NCBI GenBank assembly: GCA_963716725.1
Contig: CAVQUB010000033.1
Coordinates: forward strand, 76,665 to 140,664
Direction of reading: 5' to 3'
Origin: an uncultured delta proteobacterium
GTDB lineage: Bacteria; Myxococcota_A; Polyangia; Polyangiales; Polyangiaceae
Length of the DNA stretch: 64,000 nucleotides
The notes below the pieces were generated by a model that was given only the letters and a program-made list of their open reading frames with translations, had not been told where the DNA came from and ran no database searches. Of this stretch, positions 20,123-29,809 are shown in pieces. Positions within the stretch are counted from its first letter, which is position 1. Every line of letters begins with the position of its first letter. The position numbers were made by a program, and so were the translations under genes.

Positions 20123-21744
20123 AGATTATCGGAGCCCACTCGGCGCGCTCCGAGGGTCGGCGCGGTCGGCAGGCCCCGCGCGGCGACGGACGCTCGGGCC
20201 TGCCGCCGGGAGTAGACCGCGCGCTTGAGCTCGCGCCCGCTCCACAGATCTTTCAGCGCGAGACCGCGATGGCTGAGCGTCGGGAACTCCGCGCGCGGAT
20301 CCTTCTCGAGCCGACGCAACGCTCGGATGTAGTCGAGGTTGGCGACGACCTCTCGGGACCAGACCCAGTGTCGCGCCAGCGGCCACGAGACCGCGATCGC
20401 GGCCAGCACCGGCCGCGGCCAGTGCGGCAGCAGTCGGCGCAGTTGTTTCCAGGGGCTCTGCCCGGCGTAAAACCTCGGGTAGCAGCCCAGCGTGCCGAGA
20501 TACAGCTCGAGGGCGCTCATCTGCTTGGGATGGATCACGACGTGCTGCATGTCGTAGAGTTCCCAGTCCCGAGTGAAGATCCGCCCCTCGCGCTCGAGCT
20601 TCTTCCACATTGGCGTGCCGGGATAGGGCGTCAGCGGCATGAAACCCGCGAGGGTGCAGCCGATGCGGTGTGCGAAGCGCACCGTCTCGCCAAAGTCCTC
20701 CACCCGGTCGTGGTCGGTACCCGTGACGAAGAAGCCGTTGACCAAGATGTTGCGCGCGCGCAGGAGGGCCACGTCGCGCTCGACATCGCGCACCGTTTGC
20801 CCTTTGGACAGCGATTTCAGTGACAGATCGCGGACGGACTCGAAGCCGCAGCTCACGAAGGTGCAGTTGGTGCGGGCCATCAGCTCGAGCAGCTCCGGGT
20901 CGCGGGCCGCCTCGCAACGCAGCTGGGAGTGCCAGCCGAGCTTGGGCACCAGTCGGTGGTCGATGAGGGCGCTCAGAAGGGCCTTCAGATACGTACCGCC
21001 GACGGCGAGGCTGTCGTCCATGAAGAACAAGAACTGCCGCTCGGGATCCCAGCGGGCGCCCAGTTCGTCGACGACGCGGTCGACGCTGCGGTGGCGCAGA
21101 GATTGCCCAAACACCTTGGTAATCGAGCAGTAGTTGCAAGCTTGATCGCAGCCGCGGGTCGCTTGCGTGAAGTAGATGCTCGAGTTGAGCGGGTAGCGCA
21201 GGCGGCTGTCAGCGCCTTCGATCAGCTTCACATCGGGCCAGGGCAGGGCGTCGAGCTCGCTGGTGCACAGCGGCGTCCGCGCCGGGTTCGTCGTGACGCC
21301 GAGCGCGTGACGGAAGCTGAGGCCAGCGATACTCTCGAGCGACGCGCCGGACTCGAGGGCGCGGCAGAGTTCGCTCAAGGTGTGCTCGCCCTCGCCGCGC
21401 ACGACGTAGTCGGCGTGAGCGATGGCCTCGTCGGGGTTCAGGGTGGCGTGCGCGCCGCCGAGCACGACGGGGACACCGAGGGCGCGCACTGCGTCGGCGA
21501 TCCGATAGCCCTGAATCGCGTTGCAGGTCTGGATCGAGACGCCGACCAAGTTCGCGCCCGCGACCAGCTCCGGAACGAAGGGCGTGATCTGCTCGTCGGT
21601 GGCGCGGACGACGTGCCCCTCGCGTTCGAGCATTTGCTTGAGAATGGAGAGCCCGGCGTGGGTGCAGATCTGGCCGGGGACCTTCTGGGCCGACAGGTAA
21701 CCGGAGTAGCGGCGCATGGCTGGGTAGACGAGGACGACGCGCAT
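20104..21744 (-). CDS. B12-binding domain radical SAM protein
   Basis: VVLGGAHAT, VVRGEGE, TRGCDQACNYC, GFES, TPYPGT; start could also be 21756. Confidence 0.88.
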   Translation of the reverse strand: MRVVLVYPAMRRYSGYLSAQKVPGQICTHAGLSILKQMLEREGHVVRATDEQITPFVPELVAGANLVGVSIQTCNAIQGYRIADAVRALGVPVVLGGAHATLNPDEAIAHADYVVRGEGEHTLSELCRALESGASLESIAGLSFRHALGVTTNPARTPLCTSELDALPWPDVKLIEGADSRLRYPLNSSIYFTQATRGCDQACNYCSITKVFGQSLRHRSVDRVVDELGARWDPERQFLFFMDDSLAVGGTYLKALLSALIDHRLVPKLGWHSQLRCEAARDPELLELMARTNCTFVSCGFESVRDLSLKSLSKGQTVRDVERDVALLRARNILVNGFFVTGTDHDRVEDFGETVRFAHRIGCTLAGFMPLTPYPGTPMWKKLEREGRIFTRDWELYDMQHVVIHPKQMSALELYLGTLGCYPRFYAGQSPWKQLRRLLPHWPRPVLAAIAVSWPLARHWVWSREVVANLDYIRALRRLEKDPRAEFPTLSHRGLALKDLWSGRELKRAVYSRRQARASVAARGLPTAPTLGARRVGSDNLCCPAF

Positions 21745-21869
21745 GGAGCGGGGCATTGCAAGTCGCGCGCCCGGGGATTTCTTCGGCAGATCTCCCGGCC
21801 GTCGTCCAAGTTGCCGGTAACTCGGGGAGGGCAGGGAGCCTGCCGTCGCTGATGGACGCCGGACCGCGA

Positions 21870-22445
21870 TCAGCTCGCCTTGCCCGGAGCGTGGCGCCGG
21901 GCGATCCGCGTCGCGATTCCGCCGAGGGCCAGGCCCACGCCGCCACCCACGAAGAGCGCCACGAGCAGCGCCGCGATGAACGCATCGAGGGCGTCCTTGC
22001 CCACCTTTGCGTGGGTTGGGAGGTAGAGCGCGAGCGCCGTGACCATGCCCATCCATGCAGCGAAGGTGTTGGGTCGACCGCGACCCACTCCAGCGGCCTG
22101 CACGCCCGCGGCGAGGATCAGCGCGATGATCGAGAGGGCGCTGGTCACGCTGGTGGGCACGAGCGAGTAGAGGCTGACTTGGGGTGAGAGGGCGCGCGCG
22201 ATCGAAAGCTCCGCCGTCGCGGCGGCTAGCCCTCCGATGACCCACACCGCGTTCCAGAGCTTGCTGTGCCTGAAGGGCGCAGCGGCAACCGCGAGTGCCA
22301 GAACCGGAAAGCCATACATGAGCAGCACGCCGGCCACGGGTCGCGTGGCGTCGATGCGCGACGCGCCGTAGAGCAGGAGCCCACCTGCCAGGAGCCCGTG
22401 CACCCGGTAGCGGGCCCAGCCGGCCTCGTAGTCGAGATCGCTCAT
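21870..22445 (-). CDS. Integral membrane protein of unknown function
   Basis: About six hydrophobic segments; GAG-rich region before the ATG at 22445 not evident, so the start is approximate. Confidence 0.65.
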   Translation of the reverse strand: MSDLDYEAGWARYRVHGLLAGGLLLYGASRIDATRPVAGVLLMYGFPVLALAVAAAPFRHSKLWNAVWVIGGLAAATAELSIARALSPQVSLYSLVPTSVTSALSIIALILAAGVQAAGVGRGRPNTFAAWMGMVTALALYLPTHAKVGKDALDAFIAALLVALFVGGGVGLALGGIATRIARRHAPGKAS

Positions 22446-22515
22446 GCTTGGCGGCGTTCTGACACTTTCCGTCCGCGCTTGCCAGCCTTCGGGCGATGCG
22501 GCTATCTGGCCCACC

Positions 22516-22986
22516 ATGAAACCCGAACGGAGATTCTCGCGGGATGCAATCCTGGGCGCGACCGAGGCCCTAGCGTCTCAAAGCCGGCCGGTTCGCTTCC
22601 AAGATGTGGACGCCGCGGGGACCATCTTCTTTCCGAAGGTCTACGAGTATTTCTCGGACGCCTACCTCAATCTGCTCCTCGCGGCGGGGCTCGACGTGCC
22701 CGGCTCGCTTGCCCGCCGCGAGTCCGCTGCGCCGCTCGTTCACTCCGAGGCCGACTACCTGGCACCGCTCCGCTTCGGTGACGAGGTGGTGGTGGAGGTC
22801 GTGCTGGCTCGCGTCGGCGCGACGAGCACTGCCTACGCACACCGCATCCTCCGGCTCGACGGCACGGTAGCGGTGATCGGCCAGACCGTGCACGTGTGGG
22901 TGAGCGGCAAGACCTTCGAGCCCGTGCCGGTTCCGGATGCTTTGCGCGCGTATCTCGCCGGCAAGGTCGGTGTGATCTTGGACTAG
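22516..22986 (+). CDS. Hot-dog fold acyl-CoA thioesterase (4HBT/YbgC type); candidate DHNA-CoA thioesterase
   Basis: VRFQDVDAAG..FF, PLVHSEADYLAPLRFGD, TVHVWV. Confidence 0.82.
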   Translation: MKPERRFSRDAILGATEALASQSRPVRFQDVDAAGTIFFPKVYEYFSDAYLNLLLAAGLDVPGSLARRESAAPLVHSEADYLAPLRFGDEVVVEVVLARVGATSTAYAHRILRLDGTVAVIGQTVHVWVSGKTFEPVPVPDALRAYLAGKVGVILD

Positions 22987-22992
22987 GTCGGG

Positions 22993-24213
22993 TCAGCCCG
23001 GTCCGGGCTCGACGACGCGTCCGAGCGCCAGCACCAAGTTGCGCTTCTTGTCGCGAACCACGTAAAGGAAGGGACGCGTGGCGCGCACGTCGACCCCGCG
23101 AGTCTCGACCGGCTTGCCGTCGCCCTTGTTCTCCGCGGTAGCGCCTTCGTCCACGACCAAGCGGATCCGGTGGGGCACGCTGGAGAGGAAGAGCTGGCGC
23201 GTCCCTGTCATCGGGGAAAAATCGGCCTTTGTCTTGGCAAACGCCGCGTGGATCCCGATCTTCTGCAGTGGACCCGCGAGCTCAATCGCATCGCCAGCCG
23301 TGAAGCGCGGCAAGGTCAGAGTGGCTTCTTTTGGCGTGAGCCCGGCGAGCAATTGGTCGAGCTTCTTCTCGTCCAACGCGGCCTCGAAGGCGGGCAGCGG
23401 TCCCCGCGGCACGATCAGATCGAAGACGAAGTCCTCGGTGGCGTACTCGAGCTCGACCACCTGCGCTTCGGGGGTCTCGTTCACCAAGAGCTCGCCGCTG
23501 GTGCTCATGAGCATGACGTCCGCGCTCTTGCCGTCGGCCTTCTTGAACTTGCCGCGACTGGTATGCCCCAGATCGAAGGGATGGAGCCACGGTGCTTCGA
23601 AGTCGAGGGCGCTGACCAGCATCAGCTCGACGCCCGAGTCGACGCTGCCAGTGGGAAGGAACCCTTCGAGACGATCCGAGGTCTTGGTCTCGACCCAGCG
23701 ATTGACCTGGTCCCGGGCGGTGTCTGGCGCGGCGAAGTCCTTGGGCGAGACGGGCGCGTCGTAGTATCGCTGGAGCAACTCGATGAAGGCCTGGGCAGGT
23801 CTGCGTTCGGCCTGAGCAAAGAAGCCCTGTGCCACCCGCAGCTTGAAACTCGACGGCAGGGCGCCCCGAGGGGCCTTCCAGACCTCGAGCAGCGCTTGGT
23901 GGCTCTGATGAATGGCCGTGGGATCCCCCGAGAGACCGAGCACGGTCTCGATCTCGCCTGCGGTCTCGCCGCCCGCGCCTGCCCACGCCATGCTCAGCGC
24001 CATCCGAACGCCCGCCGGCGAAAACGCGAGGTTGCCATCGCGCTCGCGCAGGATCGACAGGAGGCGGAAGGCGAAGGCGCGATCGCCGGCCGCGAGGTGG
24101 GCCACATCCGCGCGCCCCACGGGCTTCGGCATCGGAGCCGGAGGCTGAAGCGCACGGCACGCAGCCACTGTCAGGGCCAGAGACCCGAGGATGAAGAGCC
24201 AGAGGGAGCGCAT
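22993..24213 (-). CDS. Serpin-family lipoprotein
   Basis: Lipobox VAAC, NLAFSPAG, GAGGET, VNRWVETKT, W.HPFD, LPRF, ADFSPMT, RPFLYVVRD, LALGRV. Confidence 0.88.
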   Translation of the reverse strand: MRSLWLFILGSLALTVAACRALQPPAPMPKPVGRADVAHLAAGDRAFAFRLLSILRERDGNLAFSPAGVRMALSMAWAGAGGETAGEIETVLGLSGDPTAIHQSHQALLEVWKAPRGALPSSFKLRVAQGFFAQAERRPAQAFIELLQRYYDAPVSPKDFAAPDTARDQVNRWVETKTSDRLEGFLPTGSVDSGVELMLVSALDFEAPWLHPFDLGHTSRGKFKKADGKSADVMLMSTSGELLVNETPEAQVVELEYATEDFVFDLIVPRGPLPAFEAALDEKKLDQLLAGLTPKEATLTLPRFTAGDAIELAGPLQKIGIHAAFAKTKADFSPMTGTRQLFLSSVPHRIRLVVDEGATAENKGDGKPVETRGVDVRATRPFLYVVRDKKRNLVLALGRVVEPGPG

Positions 24214-24278
24214 GCGTGGGGCGAACCTTCACGAAACCCCAGAGGGGCGTCAACCGTGGCCCTCGGGGCCCGGCCGAC

Positions 24279-24662
24279 TCAGCCGCCGTTCACCAGTAGG
24301 TCGAGCAGCCAGGCCCGGTGGGCTTCGGGAGCCAAATCGGCGACCGCGAGCGCAATGTGGGCGCGGCTCGCGTCGGCGGGGATCCCGAGCAGCGCCCACG
24401 TTCCCGCGGGGTCGACGCGGAGGTCGCGCCCTCGTTCCATGGAGAGCTGTCGACTCCGCGGGTAGACCGTGACGGTGAGGGGCGGGCGCAGGAGCGCAAG
24501 CGCGCGCATAGCGAAGGCGATGCAATCGAAGGTCTCGTCGCTCGAGCTATCGAGGGTTCGCTGCTCCTCGATGGCCCAGTGATGGTCGTCGTGGCTCTGG
24601 CTCAAGACGACCAGTTTGAACGAACCCGAGGCTTTAGCCCACGGCAAATCGGCGAGGCTCAC
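24279..24662 (-). CDS. Hypothetical protein
   Basis: 127-aa ORF whose GTG start overlaps the upstream stop by 4 nt. Confidence 0.55.
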   Translation of the reverse strand: MSLADLPWAKASGSFKLVVLSQSHDDHHWAIEEQRTLDSSSDETFDCIAFAMRALALLRPPLTVTVYPRSRQLSMERGRDLRVDPAGTWALLGIPADASRAHIALAVADLAPEAHRAWLLDLLVNGG

Positions 24663-25408
24663 TTCACGATGCGAGCGTCATCGAGGGAACGACCCATCGA
24701 AGCGATGACGCCCTCGGCGGTGACGACGATTTGCTTGCCGTCTTGGGGGGCTGCCTTCACGTCGTGCTTGATCTGCACGCCCACCCGCTTCGAAGCATCC
24801 TTCTCGTCGGCCACGCTGAGCGAGGCCACGGTCGCCGCCGGGGTGGCACCGCTGCGCACCGAGCTCATCACCTGGCCGCGGACGCGGACCTTCTTGCCGA
24901 TCCACTTGGAGCGGGCAGCGTCGATCCCGTCGAGCAGCTCGCCGACGGCGTAGATCCGGTCTGCTTCCGGACCGGGCGCTGCGGGGTCCTTGTCCGGCGG
25001 CGGGCGATCGAGGAAGAGGTAGCAGTCCTCGAACTCGAGGCTCTTCGCGCGCGAGTGCGTGACGGCGGGTGACAGCTCGCTGACCTTGTCTGACGACTCG
25101 CGGATCATCAGGTACGAGCACTGATCGGCTGCGGGGATCCCCCAGACCAGGCGGTCTGGCCCTTTCGTCGTCTCGGGGCCCAGCTTGGCGACGAGGGCGG
25201 CGCTCGCGGTCTTCCAGTCGTCACCCACCTTGACGGTGTCCTTCGCCGCCATCAGGCCATCGAGGGTCAGCGGTCCCGGGAGCGGAGGGGTTGCCGCGGA
25301 GGCAGCGGGCGCCGAGGCCGAGGTCGACGTGGACGGAGTGGCGCTGCCGGGCTTCGATTCACAGCCGAGCGCGAACACCAGCAGGATTGCCGAACTGGCT
25401 TTGAGCAT
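24659..25408 (-). CDS. Hypothetical lipoprotein, possibly with a C-terminal OB-fold-like domain
   Basis: Lipobox ALGC, Ser/Thr/Pro linker, GKKVRVRGQV strand. Confidence 0.7.
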   Translation of the reverse strand: MLKASSAILLVFALGCESKPGSATPSTSTSASAPAASAATPPLPGPLTLDGLMAAKDTVKVGDDWKTASAALVAKLGPETTKGPDRLVWGIPAADQCSYLMIRESSDKVSELSPAVTHSRAKSLEFEDCYLFLDRPPPDKDPAAPGPEADRIYAVGELLDGIDAARSKWIGKKVRVRGQVMSSVRSGATPAATVASLSVADEKDASKRVGVQIKHDVKAAPQDGKQIVVTAEGVIASMGRSLDDARIVK

Positions 25409-25514
25409 GGGACCCAAGGCTACTCTACTCCGGGTCGCGGGCGATGATGGTAGTCTGGCAGCGCAGGGCGCCCGCTCCTCGTTTCGGCGGCGCTAGCCCC
25501 GAACTCGAGCTGCA

Positions 25515-27332
25515 ATGAAGACCAGATCCGACCGCCCGATCGAGGCGCCGACCACCACCCTCAGCGACTCGCCGTCGGCCACGGAACGGAGCTTGCGCCC
25601 GATGGGGACCCCGGCGCCCATCGGCGCGCCGAGCCGTCCGCCGCCGCCGGCACTGAATGGCGATGGCGACGGGAAGCTTTCGCCGGAGGAGCTTCGAGCC
25701 CAGCTGTCCTACTTTCGCCAGAAGGCCATCCAGCTCGACGTGCTGGTGTTCGAGATGCGAGCGCTCCTGCAGTCCGGCAAGGGCTTCTCGGAGATCCTGA
25801 ACATCGAGCCGTTGCTCAAGTCCTTCATGGCGGTGTGTCGTGAGCGCTATGGCGCAGTGAACAGCGCGGTGCTCTTGCTCGACGATCTCGATCCGGAGAA
25901 CGTCTTCTATCGAGTCCGAGCGAGCCACGGGCTGGGAGAGTTCTACCTGGACAAGCGCGGGGAGCGCGAAGAGCTCCTCATGTTCAAGATCCCGCACGAC
26001 CAGGGGCTCCTGTGGCAGCTGATCCATCAGGGGGACGTGTTCAGCGTACGAGACATGCGCAAGCTACCGAGATTCAGGACGGCGTTCCGCCAGTGGAACC
26101 TGGGGATCTTGAGGTCGGACGTTTGGGTGCCGCTGATGCGCGGCGGACAGGTGCTGGGGGTTTTGACGCTGGGTGAGTGCGACGACGGATCTCAGATCCC
26201 CGAGCACGAGTTCGCGTTCTTGCAAGAGATCGCGGCGGTCGCAGCGACCAACATCGACTCGACGCTGAAGTACGAAAAGAACGAGCGGATCCTGAACAAT
26301 CTGCGCACGCTCTACGACGTCAATCAGCAGCTCGCGAACGTCAACGACTTCAAGAAGCTGACCATCGACATCCTGGCCACCGCCGTCGACGCCCTGCGCG
26401 CGCAGAAGGCCAACCTGATGCTCTACAACCCCGAAACGGAGCGCCTCGAGATCAAGGTGGTGTGGGGCAACATCCCCAAGGCGGTGCGCGACAGCATCAA
26501 CGACGGCCAGGCGGAGACCAAGACGTTTGCCATCGGCGAGGGTGTCGCCGGCTCGGCAGCCAAGCTGCGGCGGCCGGTGCGCATCAACGACCGCAGCCAG
26601 ATCGAGCAGGTGGGGAAGAATCTCGTGTACTGCATCATGAGCGTTCCGCTCCTCTACGGCAGCGACGTGATGGGGGTCATCACGTTGACCAACAAAGTGA
26701 AGATGGTGGAGGAGCAGCTCGAGCTGGATCTGGTCGGCCGCTTCGGCGATGATGACGCCCAGTTGTTGCTCGGTCTAGCCGATCAGGCGGCGGTCAACCT
26801 GCACAAGGCGAAGCTGTACAACGCCTCGATCACCGACCGTTTGACCGGACTCTTCAACGCGCGCCACTTCGAGCAGGCGTTCGAAGCGCTGCTGGAGCAG
26901 GCGCGCGACACGAACAAACCGCTGACCCTCGTCCTGACGGACATCGACCACTTCAAGCGTTTCAACGACACGCATGGACACAAGGCAGGCGACGTCGTGT
27001 TGGCCCGGACCGCTCGCACGTTGCGAGACGCGGTGCGAGCGGGGTCGCTCGACGCGGCGTTCCGGTACGGCGGCGAGGAGTTCTGCCTGCTGATGCCCGA
27101 TACGGACGCGGACACCGCTGCGGCCGCCATCGAGCTCTTGCGGAAGCGCGTCGAAGACGACCTGATCGAGTACGATGGCAAACAGCTCAAAGTGACGATT
27201 TCAGCTGGGATCGCCACATTTCCGTCCGCTGCAGCTTCGCGGTCGCTGCTCTTCGAGGCTGCGGACAAGGCGCTTTACGAGTCGAAGTCGGCTGGGCGCA
27301 ATCGCGTGACCCACGCGCCCGCGGGCAGCTGA
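25515..27332 (+). CDS. Diguanylate cyclase with two GAF-like sensor domains
   Basis: TDRLTGLFN, DIDHFKRFNDTHGHKAGD, RYGGEEF, ADKALYESK..GRN; GAF-type VPL..G.V.GV.TL motifs twice. Confidence 0.92.
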   Translation: MKTRSDRPIEAPTTTLSDSPSATERSLRPMGTPAPIGAPSRPPPPALNGDGDGKLSPEELRAQLSYFRQKAIQLDVLVFEMRALLQSGKGFSEILNIEPLLKSFMAVCRERYGAVNSAVLLLDDLDPENVFYRVRASHGLGEFYLDKRGEREELLMFKIPHDQGLLWQLIHQGDVFSVRDMRKLPRFRTAFRQWNLGILRSDVWVPLMRGGQVLGVLTLGECDDGSQIPEHEFAFLQEIAAVAATNIDSTLKYEKNERILNNLRTLYDVNQQLANVNDFKKLTIDILATAVDALRAQKANLMLYNPETERLEIKVVWGNIPKAVRDSINDGQAETKTFAIGEGVAGSAAKLRRPVRINDRSQIEQVGKNLVYCIMSVPLLYGSDVMGVITLTNKVKMVEEQLELDLVGRFGDDDAQLLLGLADQAAVNLHKAKLYNASITDRLTGLFNARHFEQAFEALLEQARDTNKPLTLVLTDIDHFKRFNDTHGHKAGDVVLARTARTLRDAVRAGSLDAAFRYGGEEFCLLMPDTDADTAAAAIELLRKRVEDDLIEYDGKQLKVTISAGIATFPSAAASRSLLFEAADKALYESKSAGRNRVTHAPAGS

Positions 27333-27396
27333 GGTCGAGCGCGCGAGCGCTATCCGAGCGCCACGTCTGCCCACAAGAACGCACCCGACTGGCGCG

Positions 27397-28257
27397 TCAC
27401 CGCGGCCCTGGTCCTCCTGCCGACGAGCCCAGCGTGACCGCCAAGAGCAGCGCGTCCACGCGCTCTGACCGCTGATCCGTCGCGCTCTGGAACCACTTTG
27501 CGTCGAAGCAGGCGCCGAGCGTGCGCGCGCCGCCGCAGAGCAGCGCCGACACGATGTTCACGCCTCCGCTCGCGTCCTCGCCTCGCGCTTCGATGTGGCT
27601 GAATTCGACCGCGAGGTCCAAGGGGCCCGCGCCCAGCGCGAGGTGCCCACCCCACTCGAAGGTGCCGCCGAGCTTGCGCCGATCGTCGCCCGGCTTCAGC
27701 CGCCCGGCCAGCACGGGGCCGCCGCGCGCGCTCAGCTCGAGGTGGAAGTCGCCGCGCAAGATCTGATAGCCGAGCTGGATCTGAGGCAGCTCGATCATCG
27801 AAGCGTAGAAGACCGGGTGACCCAGCAAGAAGCCACGGCCCCCGAGGCGAGAGAAGGGGCCGTGCCCCCTGCCGAGCTCCTGCATCAATCCGAGGCCGAT
27901 GTCGACACCGAGGCCACCTTCCATGCCGCCGCGACTGCCGCCGACGAAGGCGAAGTGGCCGGCGCGCGCGGTGACGCCGACCTCGTGATCAGTGAAGGTA
28001 GACATCGACACGGTCGAGAGGCTGACGCCGGCCTTCACGTCGCTGCCTTCGACGGCCGTCTCGTCAGCGCGTAGCCCGAAGATCCCGACCACGCGCCGGT
28101 CGCTCCGGACCTTCTCGCAGCGCGCCCCGGGTTGCAGACACCCGACGGCTACTGCCACCGTCGCATGGCCGCCGCCGTCGTCGGCGGCCACCACCAGCTC
28201 GTCGGCGATCCCCGGCGTCGACGCCAACAGCACGATCGAGAGGGCGCGGGCGCGCAT
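27397..28257 (-). CDS. Hypothetical exported protein, possibly an outer-membrane beta-barrel
   Basis: Signal-like N-terminus and Gly-rich alternating beta-strand pattern. Confidence 0.55.
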   Translation of the reverse strand: MRARALSIVLLASTPGIADELVVAADDGGGHATVAVAVGCLQPGARCEKVRSDRRVVGIFGLRADETAVEGSDVKAGVSLSTVSMSTFTDHEVGVTARAGHFAFVGGSRGGMEGGLGVDIGLGLMQELGRGHGPFSRLGGRGFLLGHPVFYASMIELPQIQLGYQILRGDFHLELSARGGPVLAGRLKPGDDRRKLGGTFEWGGHLALGAGPLDLAVEFSHIEARGEDASGGVNIVSALLCGGARTLGACFDAKWFQSATDQRSERVDALLLAVTLGSSAGGPGPR

Positions 28258-28261
28258 GGGC

Positions 28262-28960
28262 TCACTTGCCCGCGGCGGTGCGGATCGCAGCCTCGATGGC
28301 GGCGTCCTTCGCGGCGAGCTCGTCCGGCAGCTTCCCACACGCGCCGTAATCCGTGACCTTCACCACCGCTTCGGCGGGCTCGCGGAAACCGACGCTGTCG
28401 CGGGTGAGCTGCACCACCCCTGGCGACCAAGGAACGATGCGTTGGGCCGAGGTGCCAGGCGCGCTGACCAGGGCCATGACCGAGCAACCTGCCCCGGCCT
28501 TTGCGAACAGGATGCCGAGGGAGATGCCCTTGCAGCCGGCCTTGGGACACACGCGCTCGGGCTCGGGCCGCATGTCGATGGTGACCCTGCCGAGGACCTT
28601 GCGCGCGAGTTCCGCCAAGCGTGACTGCGCGCGGGCCGCGAGCTGGAGGGTCTCGGGATCGGGCTTGCCCGCGTCGCGGGGCAGCACGATGCGTGGCCAG
28701 AGCACCACCGCGCCCCCTTCGACGCCGGCGGATCGGCTGATCTCCGGCGCGTCGCCGGTCTGAGTCGCGCTGGGCGTCGCGGCGGGATCCGCGGTCGCCG
28801 CCGGTGGCGTGTACTCGGTGGTGACCGCCGGCGACGGTCCCGACCGCGCGGGCGTGACCGTGGGTGCGGGGTCTTCGGCCGGTTTCTGCGACGAAGCGTT
28901 GCAGGCCAAGAGCGCGAGGAGCACCAGCAGGGCCTGGGGGAGCGAAGCCTTGGTGATCAC
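28262..28960 (-). CDS. Hypothetical lipoprotein
   Basis: Lipobox LLAC, Pro/Thr/Ala linker, globular Cys-containing C-terminal domain; start inferred at GTG 28960. Confidence 0.65.
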   Translation of the reverse strand: MITKASLPQALLVLLALLACNASSQKPAEDPAPTVTPARSGPSPAVTTEYTPPAATADPAATPSATQTGDAPEISRSAGVEGGAVVLWPRIVLPRDAGKPDPETLQLAARAQSRLAELARKVLGRVTIDMRPEPERVCPKAGCKGISLGILFAKAGAGCSVMALVSAPGTSAQRIVPWSPGVVQLTRDSVGFREPAEAVVKVTDYGACGKLPDELAAKDAAIEAAIRTAAGK

Positions 28961-29073
28961 CGCGCAACGGTCGATGGAAGTGCCCGCGCTTGTCAACCGG
29001 ACGGTCGCGCTGGAGGCCCCCGGGCTTCGACGCGTGTCTGTGGTGTCTGGGCGTGGGACTTGGATCACGACGC

Positions 29074-29772
29074 TCACTCGCGCTGTCGGCGCCCACGTCC
29101 GCCGCCACCGGAACCCATGCCGAGCTTCTTGTCGTCGTCGAGGGCTTTGTACTTGTCCATCTGACCGGAATCCAGGATCTGACCGAGCTTGCCTTCGGCC
29201 TTCTCGCGCTCCGTGCGCGCGCGATCCCGCCACTCGGCGCGAGTGCCGGGGCCCGCGTCGGCGTCCCGCGCGTTGCGCAGGGAATCGGAGTAGTCCTGCA
29301 TCACCTGAGCGACCTTCTGCTTCTGCGCGTCGCTGAGGCCGAGCGCCGTGGTCATCTCGGCGCTCCACGCCGCCGCCAATTGCTTGCGTCGCTCGGCGCC
29401 GCGAGCCCCGCGCTCCTCGCGCCGTTCGTCCTCGAGTTGCTCGATGACGTCGCGCACCGCCAGCTGGAACACCGGATCGTCGATGGTCGGCCGGCCGCCG
29501 TTCGGGGAGGGCGGCGCAGTGTCGTCGCCGGCCGGCGCGGCGTTGGCCACGGCGCGTTCGAGGCGTCGAGTGCGCTCGGTGCGTGACGAGTTCTGCTCGA
29601 GCTCGGCGATGCGTTTCTCCAGATCGCTGCTGTCCGAGGTCGCCCCGGCCTCACGCGTCGCGGAGGTCGCCGGGGGAGGGGATCGCTGGGTCAGTCGGAC
29701 CACCGCGCCGCCGGCCACGCCCCCGAGGAGAGCCGCTATGACCGCCGTCGCTACCGGTGAGAGCTGTGCCAT
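29074..29772 (-). CDS. Hypothetical membrane-anchored helical protein (LTxxQ-like repeats)
   Basis: N-terminal transmembrane segment, coiled coil, LGLSDAQK and ILDSGQ motifs. Confidence 0.65.
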   Translation of the reverse strand: MAQLSPVATAVIAALLGGVAGGAVVRLTQRSPPPATSATREAGATSDSSDLEKRIAELEQNSSRTERTRRLERAVANAAPAGDDTAPPSPNGGRPTIDDPVFQLAVRDVIEQLEDERREERGARGAERRKQLAAAWSAEMTTALGLSDAQKQKVAQVMQDYSDSLRNARDADAGPGTRAEWRDRARTEREKAEGKLGQILDSGQMDKYKALDDDKKLGMGSGGGGRGRRQRE

Positions 29773-29809
29773 GGCGAGAGCATGCCACCGGCATCGACGG
29801 CGTTAAACC

